From contig NZ_CP019633.1 in the NCBI RefSeq assembly GCF_001997385.1, positions 210,001-242,000 on the forward strand: 32,000 nucleotides of DNA, read 5' to 3'. The first letter of the stretch is position 1. Each line of letters starts with the position of its first letter. The translations under genes and the position numbers were made by a program. Under the pieces are notes generated by a model. The model was not told the DNA's origin and ran no database searches. It worked only from the letters and a program-made list of their open reading frames with translations. Of this stretch, positions 1-12,346 are shown one piece after another. Source of the DNA: Sedimentisphaera cyanobacteriorum (GTDB lineage: Bacteria > Planctomycetota > Phycisphaerae > Sedimentisphaerales > Sedimentisphaeraceae).

Positions 1-97
1 TCTAATCAGCCGTCCGGCGTTTTATTGTCATAATGCTGCTTAATTTTTGGCGGCTTTAATAAAAATTTCAGAAAAGATTCTCTTAAGGGAGAAATTT

Positions 98-3000
98 ATG
101 CCACATTCGTTAAAAATATTTCTGTTTGGGGCGATTGCCTTATCTTTGCTGCATGGCAATGCTGTACTTGGCGATGAACCCAGTTCAGCAAGCCAGATTG
201 TAATAGATACTGCCTCTGATAAATTTTCTCAAATCGGCTTTACAATGCTCAATGATCCAAATTCTTTTGGCGGAACTATTGCAGTGGGCGATGGGGGCAA
301 TTCTGCTCCAAGTTATGCCCGCTTCACCCCGAATATTGAAGGTCGTTTTGATGTGTATTTGTACTGGCGGGATTATCAGGATAAAGATGTTTTCGCTTAT
401 TGGAATGTTAAGCATACCGGCGGGATAACTACTCATCCTTTCATCCAAAAGGAAAACCCCGGCTGGCATTTTCTGGGTACATACCAGCTTGATGGTGATT
501 CTTACGTAGAACTGGACGGCACAAAAAAACAAAATGCTCAAATCGTGGCTGATGCTGTAAAGTTTGTTCCTGCAGCACAGCGTGTGGTTGAAAGAGCTGC
601 CAAAAATACTATTACACCGGTTGAATTGAATATTGGCGACGAATTCCATTTTACATTACGCAGCGGTCAGGTTCGCCGCATAAGATTGCTCTCAACAGAA
701 GCTCATATTACTGAAAGCCCAAACTACTCTTTTTCTGCCGAATTTGATATAGACGGAGAGAATTACCGTTTTGAGCGAATAGTTGCAGATCAGGCAAGTT
801 TTTACGAGCCGTGGGTGGTTAATGGAATGCGAATCTGGCTGGATGCTGTGAGCGATATCTTTGAGGATGACGGAGGCTGGATGGTTCACAGGACGAAATG
901 TCGTCCAAAACGGAAAGCCCGCATTGTGGTTAATGATTTGAGCGATCGAATCTGCCCGGAGCAAATTCATTGGTGGTATCCCGAGACACGCGAGAGCCCG
1001 GATATTCGAGACTGCTGGTATGGCAGAAATGTGTGGATAGGCCCGCAGAAACCAACATATACGCACGAAGGGCTGGATATTAATATGCCTCCGGAAACGC
1101 CGCTTTATGCCCCGATTGGTATTGATGACCATTACCTGTTCGATTCTTTGGAGGCAGGCGATATTAATAATCGCTGGCGTGGTGTTCGCCATTGGGATAA
1201 CGGGAGTACGTGGTGGCTCCAAGCGCACCATCTTGATGAAATGCTGGTGCCTGAACACGAAACTTTGAAGAAGGGCGAAAATTTTGCCCTTTCGGGGGGT
1301 GTTTACAGCGGCAGCCGTCCCCATACTCACTTTGCTTTTCGAGTTATTGAGGAAGGCCAAGCTTATTATATCGATCCATGGATTTTCTTTTGGCAGATGT
1401 TTAAAGATAATCCGCAGGATGAAATTGCAGAAGAGGATGAGTTGGTTTCTAACGGTGATTTTGAGCAGCCGCACAGGCCTGATGCCAACAATCTGCTGAT
1501 TGATGTGCCTAACTGGAATTCTATTGAAGGTACTCAGAAAAGAGTTAGGCTTGAATCCAAGTTTGTTGAAACCAGAAAATCTGTTCCGGGGCAGGAGGGT
1601 AATCAGGTGCTTCGGCTTCCCGCGGGAAACTCAACCGGAACAATTCGTCAGGTAATTGAGCATCCTTGGTCTTCAGGTGAACTTTTTCGCCTGAAATTTA
1701 ACGCATGCTTAGTTCGATGGCTTGCTAGCGCATCAGATGCAGTTATAAAGGCAAGCTTGCTTCAGGAGGATGGATCGCTTCTTTGGTCGTCCGAAATACC
1801 GATGACCTACACGCACACAGGCGATACAGAGGTAGGAGACTGGCTAGCCTGGCAGACTTTTGAGTTTCTTATAGATACTGATTCTTTTACTGGTTCAAAT
1901 ATTGATGAGGGAAGCAGCTTAATACTTCAAATAGAATTTCTGCAGCGAGACCATTGGGTGGATAATGTTTCGCTCAGTGTAATGAACGAATCGGATATTA
2001 TTAAATCTCAGCCAAACGACAAAATCGTGAATTGGGGCGATGGTGCAGGGTTTTCAGTGAGTATAGAAAATTTGTCTAATCCGGTTTGTCAATGGTACTT
2101 CTCAGAAAGCGGCGAGATTTCCCCGTCCACTGATAAGCCAAAAGGCACGCCCAGCATTAACCCTGACTTTTATATTGATAATGCCCAGCTCAGTGATGAA
2201 GGTTATTATTACTGCCAAGTAACCCACGACGGCGGTATGGTTTATTCGGATGTGGTGAGCTTGGCTGTTAAAAGAAAGGTGGCGCATTGGACATTGGATT
2301 TGTCTGACTATATAAGCTCAGAATACCTCCCCGGCAGCAGCGATAAATACATTGACAGCAGCGGGGAGGATAGGGATGCAATCTCTCAAGCGGCTCTGGA
2401 TATTGATGCATTTGTTCAGGGTGCTAATCCTGCTAAGACCAACGAAGGCCTCGATTTTGGCCAATATCCTGATGCAGCAGCACTTGCCGGCACCGATTCG
2501 CCCGCTGAATTAAGCGATGAAATGACTGTGTCTTTATGGGTAAAATGGGAAGGAGTTCCCGGCAGCTGGACAGGCATAATATCTAAACGCGAAGGCTCAG
2601 ACTGGCAAAGCGGGGCTGACTGGTTCTGGACAATATCGCCGACAGGCGATTCTATGAGCATCAGCTCGGCAGGTGTTGGTACTAAGAATATCTCTTATGA
2701 TCCGCCTGCCGTTGGCGAATGGACACATCTTGCCTTCACAGTAGATGCCGGTGGCGGAAAGCTCTACTATAATGGAGTCAAAGTTGACAGTGAGCCCGAG
2801 TTCAAGATAAATAAAACTGATGCCCAGCTTGTAATCGGGGGCAGTATTTTGCAGGATGACGGCACAATCAGCGGCGCATTCAATGGGGTTATGGATGATG
2901 TGCGCATCTATAATTACGCAAAGGATGAGGCTGAGATTGCAGATATCTGCTACGAGGTTACCGAAACTCCCGTTTGCAGCAATCTGCAGGATTTGGATCT

Positions 3001-5857
3001 GCAGTTTGATGTTGCAGGCGGAGGCGACGAAGGCGACCAGCCGGACTGCAGGGTGAGCCTTGCAGATTTTGCAGTGTTAGCTTCAAGCTGGTTTAATTGC
3101 GGCTTATATCCCTTTGGGTTTTGTTTTTCTGATGAACCGGAATATTATGAGCCGAATATACAAACATACAATTGTAACGAACTGCCCGTTACTGTTTCTT
3201 CTGGCGGGGAAGTTTCAAATAAAAGTGAGTCTTGGAAATGGTATCTGCCGCAGCATCAGTATGTCCATGCAGACCTTCAGAATGTAAACGATTTTGTTGA
3301 GTTTGATGTTTATCTCTCTAACCCTGGCACTTACTCAATTCAAGTTCTTAATAGAAAAGAGCCAGACAGCGGTATGTATCAGCTTTACATAAGCGAAAAT
3401 GGCTCTGATTATAACCCTGTCGGTAATAATATCTCTTTCGACCAAGGGGATATCATTACTGAAGCAATGGTTGAAAAAGCAAATTTGGGGCTTTATACCT
3501 TTGCCTCGGAGGGGGTTAAAAAATTCAAATTTAAGGTTATTGGTAAAAACTCAGATTCAGACGACTATAATTTGTCTTTAATTGATATAGTATTAAAAGA
3601 GGTAAGGCCTGTTTCGGCTTTGCCCTCAAATGCCTTGAGTTATGAAAGCAGCTGGAATTCGGCGGATGGTTATCATCATCAAGTTAATTCTGATTTGCAG
3701 AACCAGATTCTGCGAATCCCTGTTGATATAACTGAAACTGGAAATCAAGTTGTTACTGTTAGAAATGTCAATGGGCAAGACGCAGGCCAGTATCAACTTT
3801 ATATAGATGGTGAACCGCTGGGGAGTATGGTAGATCAGTACAGCCCCGAAAAGTCTTATTCTCTGGAAATTATAGGGATTTTGGATGTTGTAAGTTCTGG
3901 TATTAAGATGTTTGAATTCAGGACGAAGGGAAAAAATGACAGCAGCAGTGGTTATAAAATTAGCATAGACAATATTCAGTTGGAGAGCCCAGATATTATC
4001 GTTACAGCAGGATGGGGCATCAATGCAGAGAGAACTGCTGGGTGGTGGCCAACATCTCAATATGCAGAGAACCACTTTGGAAGATGGTATAGTTATTCTA
4101 CGCCCGGATACTGCAGGTTTCGCTGGCCTCCTTTGGAGCCGTGCAATGTTATTGAAAAATTTGCTTGGAAGCCTTGGGGAACTGATTTTACAGGTTTTCT
4201 CGCTTCAGGCTGGTACAATGTTTATTACTGGCTGCCAGACGGCAAGCATGATCGTGCTTCAAATGCACCTTACACAGTATATCATAAAGGCGGTGAAACT
4301 ACGTATTTGATTGACCAGCGTCAGCCGGGCGGAGAGTGGAAACTTTTAGGCACCCATTTCTTTGAAAAGGGGCGTGCAGGCCGTTCAGGATATGTAGAGC
4401 TTTCTAACGATGCTGACGGAATTGTTATTGCCGATTCAATTAAATTTGAATATGCGTTTTCTCAAGATGCTCCGCCGCCGCAAACTCCGCCCCTGCAAGA
4501 TGCAGAATCCGGTACCTACGTTGTTCAGCACGACAGCAGTAAACAAACCGTCTGGGGGCTTGGCGTGGAGATCCAGCCGGAAAATGAAAGAGGAGCTGAT
4601 TCCAACAGGGCTCGTGGTATACCTTCTGATTTAACTGATTCAGAGCGTCAGCGCTTTTATGACCAGCTGCTCGGATTCGGCCATGGATTCCGTTATATGC
4701 GTCTTCCAATGGGGCTCTTTTATACAGGGCTGGACGAGGAACGAAAGCAGTTTGAGCAGAGCTGGAGCTCCCAGAACAGCGAACTGGCTGAAATGATAGA
4801 GGAATCCGGCATTGAAGGCTTTAATTTTGAGTACTGGTCTCCTGCGCCGTATTTCAAATCAAACAACAAATTCACCGGTGGCTCTCTCAAGCAGTTTGAC
4901 AATGCTTTTTTAACCGATTTTGGAAATTCGATTGTCGATGATTTGCAGTATGTTCAGGACAATATCGCCCCTGTCAAAATGTTTTCTCTGCAAAATGAGC
5001 CCAGCGTTGGAGCTGCCGGCTATGGCTGCTGCGAATATACTCATCAGCAGTATTACGATGCCTTTAGTGTGGTAGCGCCAATTATAAAATCTTCTTTCCC
5101 AGACCTTTTTATCCATGCTGACAGCGAGGCAGGACAGTATGGTCACGGCAGTGAACTGCTGCGAAATGATCCTGCAGCTTTGCAGTATGTCGATGGCTGG
5201 TCATGGCATTGGCAAGGCAAGAATTCCGATGAAAAGATCAGATATGCAGAGCCCTATTTTAATAATGACACTCTTGGCAGGCCAGTTTTTAACAGTGAAT
5301 GGCAGTATAACCTCGGAGCAGGCTCTGCGTGGAGAACAATAAATACAGCTCAGTCAATAATGAATTGGTTTTCGTTTATTGAATCCCCAACATGGTTTTG
5401 GCTGCATGCTCTCAAACCTACAGACACTATTATAGGTGAAAGGTTTGGTTTGGGATTTTGGCGTCCTTCAGGCGACAGCGACTTCAGCAAATATGCGAGC
5501 ATAGAAAAGGGGCACTGGCAGTACAATTGGTATCATTGGAACGCAATTGCCGGATTTCTGAAGTATATGCCTTGGGATTCGGTAATATATAATGTTGATG
5601 AAGACAGCGTCCGTATGGATAATCGTATATTGGCATGGAAGAGGCCTGATGGGAAATTAGTATTAGCGATAACCAACCGAGCTTCAGACGCCCCGTTTAT
5701 CTTTAATGTTGATGTTGGCTTAAATGAAGTTTTTAAGGGCTATCGATACACTTCACAGACTCGCAATAACGACGGGGAGTTCATTGGCAGCAGCAGCGGA
5801 GACCAGCTTTCATGTGAAGTTCCTCCGCTGTCAATCGAATTTTGGGTGCAGCAGTAA
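98..5857 (+). CDS. Giant secreted multidomain glycan-active protein. Order: signal peptide, golvesin-C-like domain, M23 (LytM-type) metallopeptidase-like domain, jelly-roll CBM-like domain, Ig-like domain, LamG/ConA-like domain, internal Cys-bracketed dockerin-like tail motif, two beta-sandwich repeats, second golvesin-C-like domain, C-terminal GH30-like (clan GH-A) catalytic domain.
   Basis: The ORF is continuous (track 47..5857). I moved the start to ATG 98 because AAGGGAG (85..91) lies 6 nt upstream and the product then begins MPHSLKIFLFGAIALSLLHGNAVLG, which looks like a signal peptide. Motifs read from the translation: HEGLD (nt 1064..1078) plus PHTHF (nt ~1319..1333) match the M23 HxxxD/HxH ligands; DEGYYYC is Ig-like; WVKW...MDDVRIYNYA is LamG; PDCRVSLADFAVLASSWFNCGLYP is the tail motif (nt ~2991..3127); GWYNVYYWLPDG...VELSNDADGIVIADSIKFEY is golvesin-C-like. 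MRLPMG, EYWSPAPYFKSNN, FSLQNEP (nt 4991..5002) and FNSEW (Glu codon 5297..5299) parallel the GH30 glucosylceramidase-type blocks. Names come from motif recognition only. Confidence 0.85.
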   Translation: MPHSLKIFLFGAIALSLLHGNAVLGDEPSSASQIVIDTASDKFSQIGFTMLNDPNSFGGTIAVGDGGNSAPSYARFTPNIEGRFDVYLYWRDYQDKDVFAYWNVKHTGGITTHPFIQKENPGWHFLGTYQLDGDSYVELDGTKKQNAQIVADAVKFVPAAQRVVERAAKNTITPVELNIGDEFHFTLRSGQVRRIRLLSTEAHITESPNYSFSAEFDIDGENYRFERIVADQASFYEPWVVNGMRIWLDAVSDIFEDDGGWMVHRTKCRPKRKARIVVNDLSDRICPEQIHWWYPETRESPDIRDCWYGRNVWIGPQKPTYTHEGLDINMPPETPLYAPIGIDDHYLFDSLEAGDINNRWRGVRHWDNGSTWWLQAHHLDEMLVPEHETLKKGENFALSGGVYSGSRPHTHFAFRVIEEGQAYYIDPWIFFWQMFKDNPQDEIAEEDELVSNGDFEQPHRPDANNLLIDVPNWNSIEGTQKRVRLESKFVETRKSVPGQEGNQVLRLPAGNSTGTIRQVIEHPWSSGELFRLKFNACLVRWLASASDAVIKASLLQEDGSLLWSSEIPMTYTHTGDTEVGDWLAWQTFEFLIDTDSFTGSNIDEGSSLILQIEFLQRDHWVDNVSLSVMNESDIIKSQPNDKIVNWGDGAGFSVSIENLSNPVCQWYFSESGEISPSTDKPKGTPSINPDFYIDNAQLSDEGYYYCQVTHDGGMVYSDVVSLAVKRKVAHWTLDLSDYISSEYLPGSSDKYIDSSGEDRDAISQAALDIDAFVQGANPAKTNEGLDFGQYPDAAALAGTDSPAELSDEMTVSLWVKWEGVPGSWTGIISKREGSDWQSGADWFWTISPTGDSMSISSAGVGTKNISYDPPAVGEWTHLAFTVDAGGGKLYYNGVKVDSEPEFKINKTDAQLVIGGSILQDDGTISGAFNGVMDDVRIYNYAKDEAEIADICYEVTETPVCSNLQDLDLQFDVAGGGDEGDQPDCRVSLADFAVLASSWFNCGLYPFGFCFSDEPEYYEPNIQTYNCNELPVTVSSGGEVSNKSESWKWYLPQHQYVHADLQNVNDFVEFDVYLSNPGTYSIQVLNRKEPDSGMYQLYISENGSDYNPVGNNISFDQGDIITEAMVEKANLGLYTFASEGVKKFKFKVIGKNSDSDDYNLSLIDIVLKEVRPVSALPSNALSYESSWNSADGYHHQVNSDLQNQILRIPVDITETGNQVVTVRNVNGQDAGQYQLYIDGEPLGSMVDQYSPEKSYSLEIIGILDVVSSGIKMFEFRTKGKNDSSSGYKISIDNIQLESPDIIVTAGWGINAERTAGWWPTSQYAENHFGRWYSYSTPGYCRFRWPPLEPCNVIEKFAWKPWGTDFTGFLASGWYNVYYWLPDGKHDRASNAPYTVYHKGGETTYLIDQRQPGGEWKLLGTHFFEKGRAGRSGYVELSNDADGIVIADSIKFEYAFSQDAPPPQTPPLQDAESGTYVVQHDSSKQTVWGLGVEIQPENERGADSNRARGIPSDLTDSERQRFYDQLLGFGHGFRYMRLPMGLFYTGLDEERKQFEQSWSSQNSELAEMIEESGIEGFNFEYWSPAPYFKSNNKFTGGSLKQFDNAFLTDFGNSIVDDLQYVQDNIAPVKMFSLQNEPSVGAAGYGCCEYTHQQYYDAFSVVAPIIKSSFPDLFIHADSEAGQYGHGSELLRNDPAALQYVDGWSWHWQGKNSDEKIRYAEPYFNNDTLGRPVFNSEWQYNLGAGSAWRTINTAQSIMNWFSFIESPTWFWLHALKPTDTIIGERFGLGFWRPSGDSDFSKYASIEKGHWQYNWYHWNAIAGFLKYMPWDSVIYNVDEDSVRMDNRILAWKRPDGKLVLAITNRASDAPFIFNVDVGLNEVFKGYRYTSQTRNNDGEFIGSSSGDQLSCEVPPLSIEFWVQQ
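3986..5857 (+). repeat. Paralogous block copy 1 (golvesin-C-like plus GH30-like unit), duplicated at 15839..17704.
   Basis: The translations align end to end (SPDIIVTAGWG... to ...EFWVQQ versus DPDIIVTSGWG... to ...EFWVQQ), with roughly three quarters identical residues by eye. Long shared nucleotide strings include ccgtctgggg(gc/ac)ttggcgtggagatccagccggaa. Confidence 0.9.
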
Positions 5858-5927
5858 AATTGCTGTATTTGGTATTTGTGTCTTGCTTGTAATATTTTGA
5901 TGTTTTCATAAAATGCTAAAAACTTAG

Positions 5928-9131
<3,204 letters not shown>

Positions 9132-9175
9132 CTTAAAAACATTTTAGCTGCATTGTTCCATGTATAAACTTGAAG

Positions 9176-9210
9176 ACTGCCGCAGGCTAATACTGCGGCA
9201 GTTTCATTTT
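9176..9210 (+). terminator. Rho-independent terminator after the GH2 gene.
   Basis: Perfect 10-bp inverted repeat ACTGCCGCAG (9176..9185) / CTGCGGCAGT (9193..9202), with a 7-nt loop GCTAATA, followed by TTCATTTT. Confidence 0.7.
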
Positions 9211-9364
9211 ATCAGTTAGCTGGAGATGTATAATCAGACTCTAAACTGTTTGCGCATAAAGGGCTTTAGTTTCCAATAAATCTCCGTCTGATTCGGCTAG
9301 TCTTGATTTATAAATGCGGCTTTATATACTCTCTTGAAAAGTGTTTTTAATTACGGCGAAATGA

Positions 9365-10525
9365 ATGAAACAGTTGCTTATTTTAGTAGATACCTCACGA
9401 GGCCCCGGCAGAAGTTTTCTTTCCGGAGTAGAGTCTTATCTTAGATTCAATCCATCTTGGGATGTGTTGATGCCCCCGCCAAAATACGTTTGTGATAGCG
9501 GGCTCTTCCCAGCCAAGTGGTGTTATCAGCAGAATCCGGATGCGATGATTGTTTTTGGCTACTATGACATAAAGAATATCCTCTCTTTTAACAAGCCCAA
9601 AGTTGTAATGTCTCTTGATAATACCGCTGGCAGTGATGCAGCTGCCTTAAAGGCCGATTCTAAGGCTATTGCACAAATGGCGAGCGATTACTTGTTTTCT
9701 TTAGGACACAAACGTTTCGGTTATTGTAATTGTGGAAATATCACTTGGGCTAATGAGCGAAAGACGGCTTTTAAAGAGATTATAGAACAGAACGGGGCAG
9801 AGCTGTACTCTTACAATCTTTTGCTGTCCAGCAGTACAAAAATAAACAGGGCTCGTAAAGAACTTTCGGATTGGATATATTCCCTGCCTAAGCCAATATC
9901 GCTGCTGGTATGTAATGACGACATCGCAAGGATTGTATTAGATGCCTGTAAACTTGTTTCTGTAAGTGTACCTGAAGAGGTTTCTGTATTGGGAGTAGAT
10001 AACGATAGTTTGATATGTCATCTTTCACGTCCTGCTCTTTCAAGCATTGAATTAGATTTTGAAGGTGCCGGTTATCGTACTCTCGAACATTTAGACAGGA
10101 TTATCTCGGGAGAAGAAACTGCCCGGGTAATGAATATTGAGCCGGTCAGGATTGTAACTCGTCAGTCAACTGATATGTTGGCAGTAGAGGATTCTATTGT
10201 CAGAGAGGCTCTTATTTTCATAAGAAACAACTATCAGCGCAAAATTTCAGTTTCAGATGTAACTGAGCATATCTGTTTTTCTCGCAGCGCCTTGGAAAAG
10301 AGATTTGAGGCTGCAATACATCGTTCTGTTGCCGGAGAGATAACCCGCCTCAGGATAGGTATGGCAAAGAATAAACTCCTCAATTCAAGACTCTCAGTAA
10401 ATTTGATAGCTTCAAAGTTTGAGTTTACCAATCCGCAGCATTTTTCACGTTTTTTCAAAAATGCTGTCGGTATAACACCGGATGATTTTCGTAAAAGATA
10501 CTCAAAGAACAACGCAGCTGACTAG
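9365..10525 (+). CDS. Hybrid transcriptional regulator: N-terminal periplasmic-binding-protein/LacI-type sugar-binding fold plus C-terminal AraC/XylS HTH (XylR-like).
   Basis: 386-aa ORF. The N-terminal ~270 aa carry the PBP-type pattern (LLVCNDDIARIVLDACKL, VSVLGVDND). The C-terminus carries the AraC HTH_18 pattern (ISVSDVTEHICFSRSALEKRFEAAIHRSVAGEITRLRI...FTNPQHFSRFFKNAVGITPDDFRK). This architecture is typical of XylR-type sugar-responsive activators. Confidence 0.9.
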   Translation: MKQLLILVDTSRGPGRSFLSGVESYLRFNPSWDVLMPPPKYVCDSGLFPAKWCYQQNPDAMIVFGYYDIKNILSFNKPKVVMSLDNTAGSDAAALKADSKAIAQMASDYLFSLGHKRFGYCNCGNITWANERKTAFKEIIEQNGAELYSYNLLLSSSTKINRARKELSDWIYSLPKPISLLVCNDDIARIVLDACKLVSVSVPEEVSVLGVDNDSLICHLSRPALSSIELDFEGAGYRTLEHLDRIISGEETARVMNIEPVRIVTRQSTDMLAVEDSIVREALIFIRNNYQRKISVSDVTEHICFSRSALEKRFEAAIHRSVAGEITRLRIGMAKNKLLNSRLSVNLIASKFEFTNPQHFSRFFKNAVGITPDDFRKRYSKNNAAD

Positions 10526-10560
10526 GGCTGAAGGCAGCATTAATTGAGCAGGATAAAACT

Positions 10561-12249
10561 ATGACTGAATTAGACATTGTTACCTTCTTAGTTTATATAG
10601 CCGGCCTTTTGGCGCTTGGTATATTATATTCCTCTCAAATCAAAAATACTAAAGATATGTTTGCTGCAGGAGAAAGCTCGCCTTGGTGGTTAGCAGGGAT
10701 TTCAGGGCATATGGCGATGTTTACTTCAGGAACATTTGTTGTTTGGGGAGGCATTGCCTTTCGTCAGGGATTGGTTGGTGTCAGCATACTGATGATGATT
10801 GGGATTTCTGCATGGATGGCGGCTTTCACAATCGCAGCCCGCTGGAAAGCCTCAGGGGCAGTTACGCCTGCAGAATATATAGAAAATCGCTTTGGACACG
10901 CAGCAGTACACTTTTATTCTTGGGTTTCAACGACTTTCCGTATGATTGATGTTGGGATTGCTTTATATGCTGTCTCTGTGATACTTTCAGCGCTTATTAC
11001 AGTTCCAGAAGGGCATTTTTTAGCTGGTAGAAACGGTGAGACAATATCAGTTTACTGGGCGATTGTGATTTGCGGCTTCGCAATGGTGCTTGTTTCTGCT
11101 GCTGGGGGGCTTTGGGCAGTATTGATGGCTGATGTGATTCAATTTGTTGTTTTGACTGTCTCAGTATTAATTGTAATCCCATTGCTCTTAAATGAGGTTG
11201 GAGGAATTAAATCGTTTATTGATAATGCGCCCGAAAGGTTTTTTATACCATACAGCAGGGAGTTCCCTCCGTTGTTTCTTGTTGGATGGATCATTATTCA
11301 TTTCTTCAAAATTGGCGGACAGTGGGCATTTGTGCAGAGATTTTTGTGTGTTTCATCAAAACAAGACGCAAAAAAGGCAGCTTTGCTGTTTGGCCTGCTC
11401 TTCATTGTCAGTCCGATATTCTGGATGCTTCCTCCTATGATGTATCGGATTATAGATTCAAACGCAAATTCAGAAAAGGCCTTTATTCTCGCCTGTCAGT
11501 CTGTATTGCCTCCTGGGATGCTGGGGCTCATAGCGGCTTCTATGTTTGCCGCCACGGCAAGTACGGTTAACTCTCAGATAAATGTTTTTGCAGGTGCGTT
11601 CTCTCGTGAGATATACGGCAAAATTGCCCGTTTTAAAAGCTCTGAAAAATCGATGCTTCTGTTCGGTCGTTTTGTTTCTTTATTGCTGGGCTTAATTGTT
11701 ATCTCTATTGCAGTTTTGATTCCTTCTTTAGGGGGCGCAGAAAATGTTGTTCTGCATCTGACAGGAATGTTGGTAACCCCTATAGTACTTCCTTCAATTT
11801 GGAGTTTGTTTTCTCGTAAAATTGGCTTGAGCTCTGTTATTGCCACCTTTGGGGTGAGTATTGGCGGTATGAGTTTATTGAAGCCTTTTATTGAATCCAG
11901 ATCAGGGTTTATAGACAACCCGCTTTTGCTGGAAATTTGGATTATTGGAATAATATTACCTGTTTCTGTGTTGCTGTGGTTTGAATTTACAGGCAGCACT
12001 AAATCAATAAGCTGCTCGAGAGTTAGAGCTATAAAAGATTCTGCTGAAAAAGTGCCCTCTCTCTCTAAGGCAGGGAGACTCAGACATTTTCTGATTTCTG
12101 GCTATGTTTTTTCAACTGGGTTAGTAATTCTGATTATTGCTGTTCTTAATGAGCAGGGCAGGAAAGTTTTGTTAATTGCTGCATCTGCACTTATTTTAGC
12201 TGTAGTTGTTATAAATTTCCGTTTATTGAAAGATAAATTTGGTGATTGA
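10561..12249 (+). CDS. Sodium:solute symporter family (SSF/SGLT-like) sugar transporter.
   Basis: 562-aa ORF that is very hydrophobic, with about 13 or more predicted TM stretches. It contains the SSF-type block GGLWAVLMADVIQFVVL. It lies 35 nt downstream of the sugar-type regulator. Confidence 0.85.
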   Translation: MTELDIVTFLVYIAGLLALGILYSSQIKNTKDMFAAGESSPWWLAGISGHMAMFTSGTFVVWGGIAFRQGLVGVSILMMIGISAWMAAFTIAARWKASGAVTPAEYIENRFGHAAVHFYSWVSTTFRMIDVGIALYAVSVILSALITVPEGHFLAGRNGETISVYWAIVICGFAMVLVSAAGGLWAVLMADVIQFVVLTVSVLIVIPLLLNEVGGIKSFIDNAPERFFIPYSREFPPLFLVGWIIIHFFKIGGQWAFVQRFLCVSSKQDAKKAALLFGLLFIVSPIFWMLPPMMYRIIDSNANSEKAFILACQSVLPPGMLGLIAASMFAATASTVNSQINVFAGAFSREIYGKIARFKSSEKSMLLFGRFVSLLLGLIVISIAVLIPSLGGAENVVLHLTGMLVTPIVLPSIWSLFSRKIGLSSVIATFGVSIGGMSLLKPFIESRSGFIDNPLLLEIWIIGIILPVSVLLWFEFTGSTKSISCSRVRAIKDSAEKVPSLSKAGRLRHFLISGYVFSTGLVILIIAVLNEQGRKVLLIAASALILAVVVINFRLLKDKFGD

Positions 12250-12346
12250 TTTGTGAAAAATGGCGTTGAAGAACCTGCCCTATAAATTATACTTCATCTC
12301 AGTTTTATTGCATTAAGCGAAGTTAATTATTTTGAAAGGAATCAAA

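Noticed and set aside
47-97. TTG at 47 as the start of gene 1, as in the ORF track.
   Set aside because: ATG 98 has a near-perfect SD (AAGGGAG) 6 nt upstream and yields a proper signal peptide. The 17 extra residues (MAALIKISEKILLREKF) would bury that SD inside the coding sequence.
185-1474. Minus-strand ORFs 185..649 (154 aa) and 692..1474 (260 aa), antisense to gene 1. Similar cases: 3626..4075, 6018..6365, 11574..11999, 16790..17254, 24620..24931, 26181..26633, 26710..27057.
   Set aside because: They lie entirely inside + strand genes that carry strong family motifs. Their translations are low-complexity or unusually rich in R, C and I, with no recognisable motifs, no SD and no signal peptide. 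They are typical shadow ORFs.
9229-9234. TATAAT hexamer about 130 nt upstream of the regulator gene, considered as a promoter -10 element.
   Set aside because: There is no convincing -35 element at 16-19 nt (ATTTTA or CATTTT). In AT-rich spacers such hexamers occur by chance.
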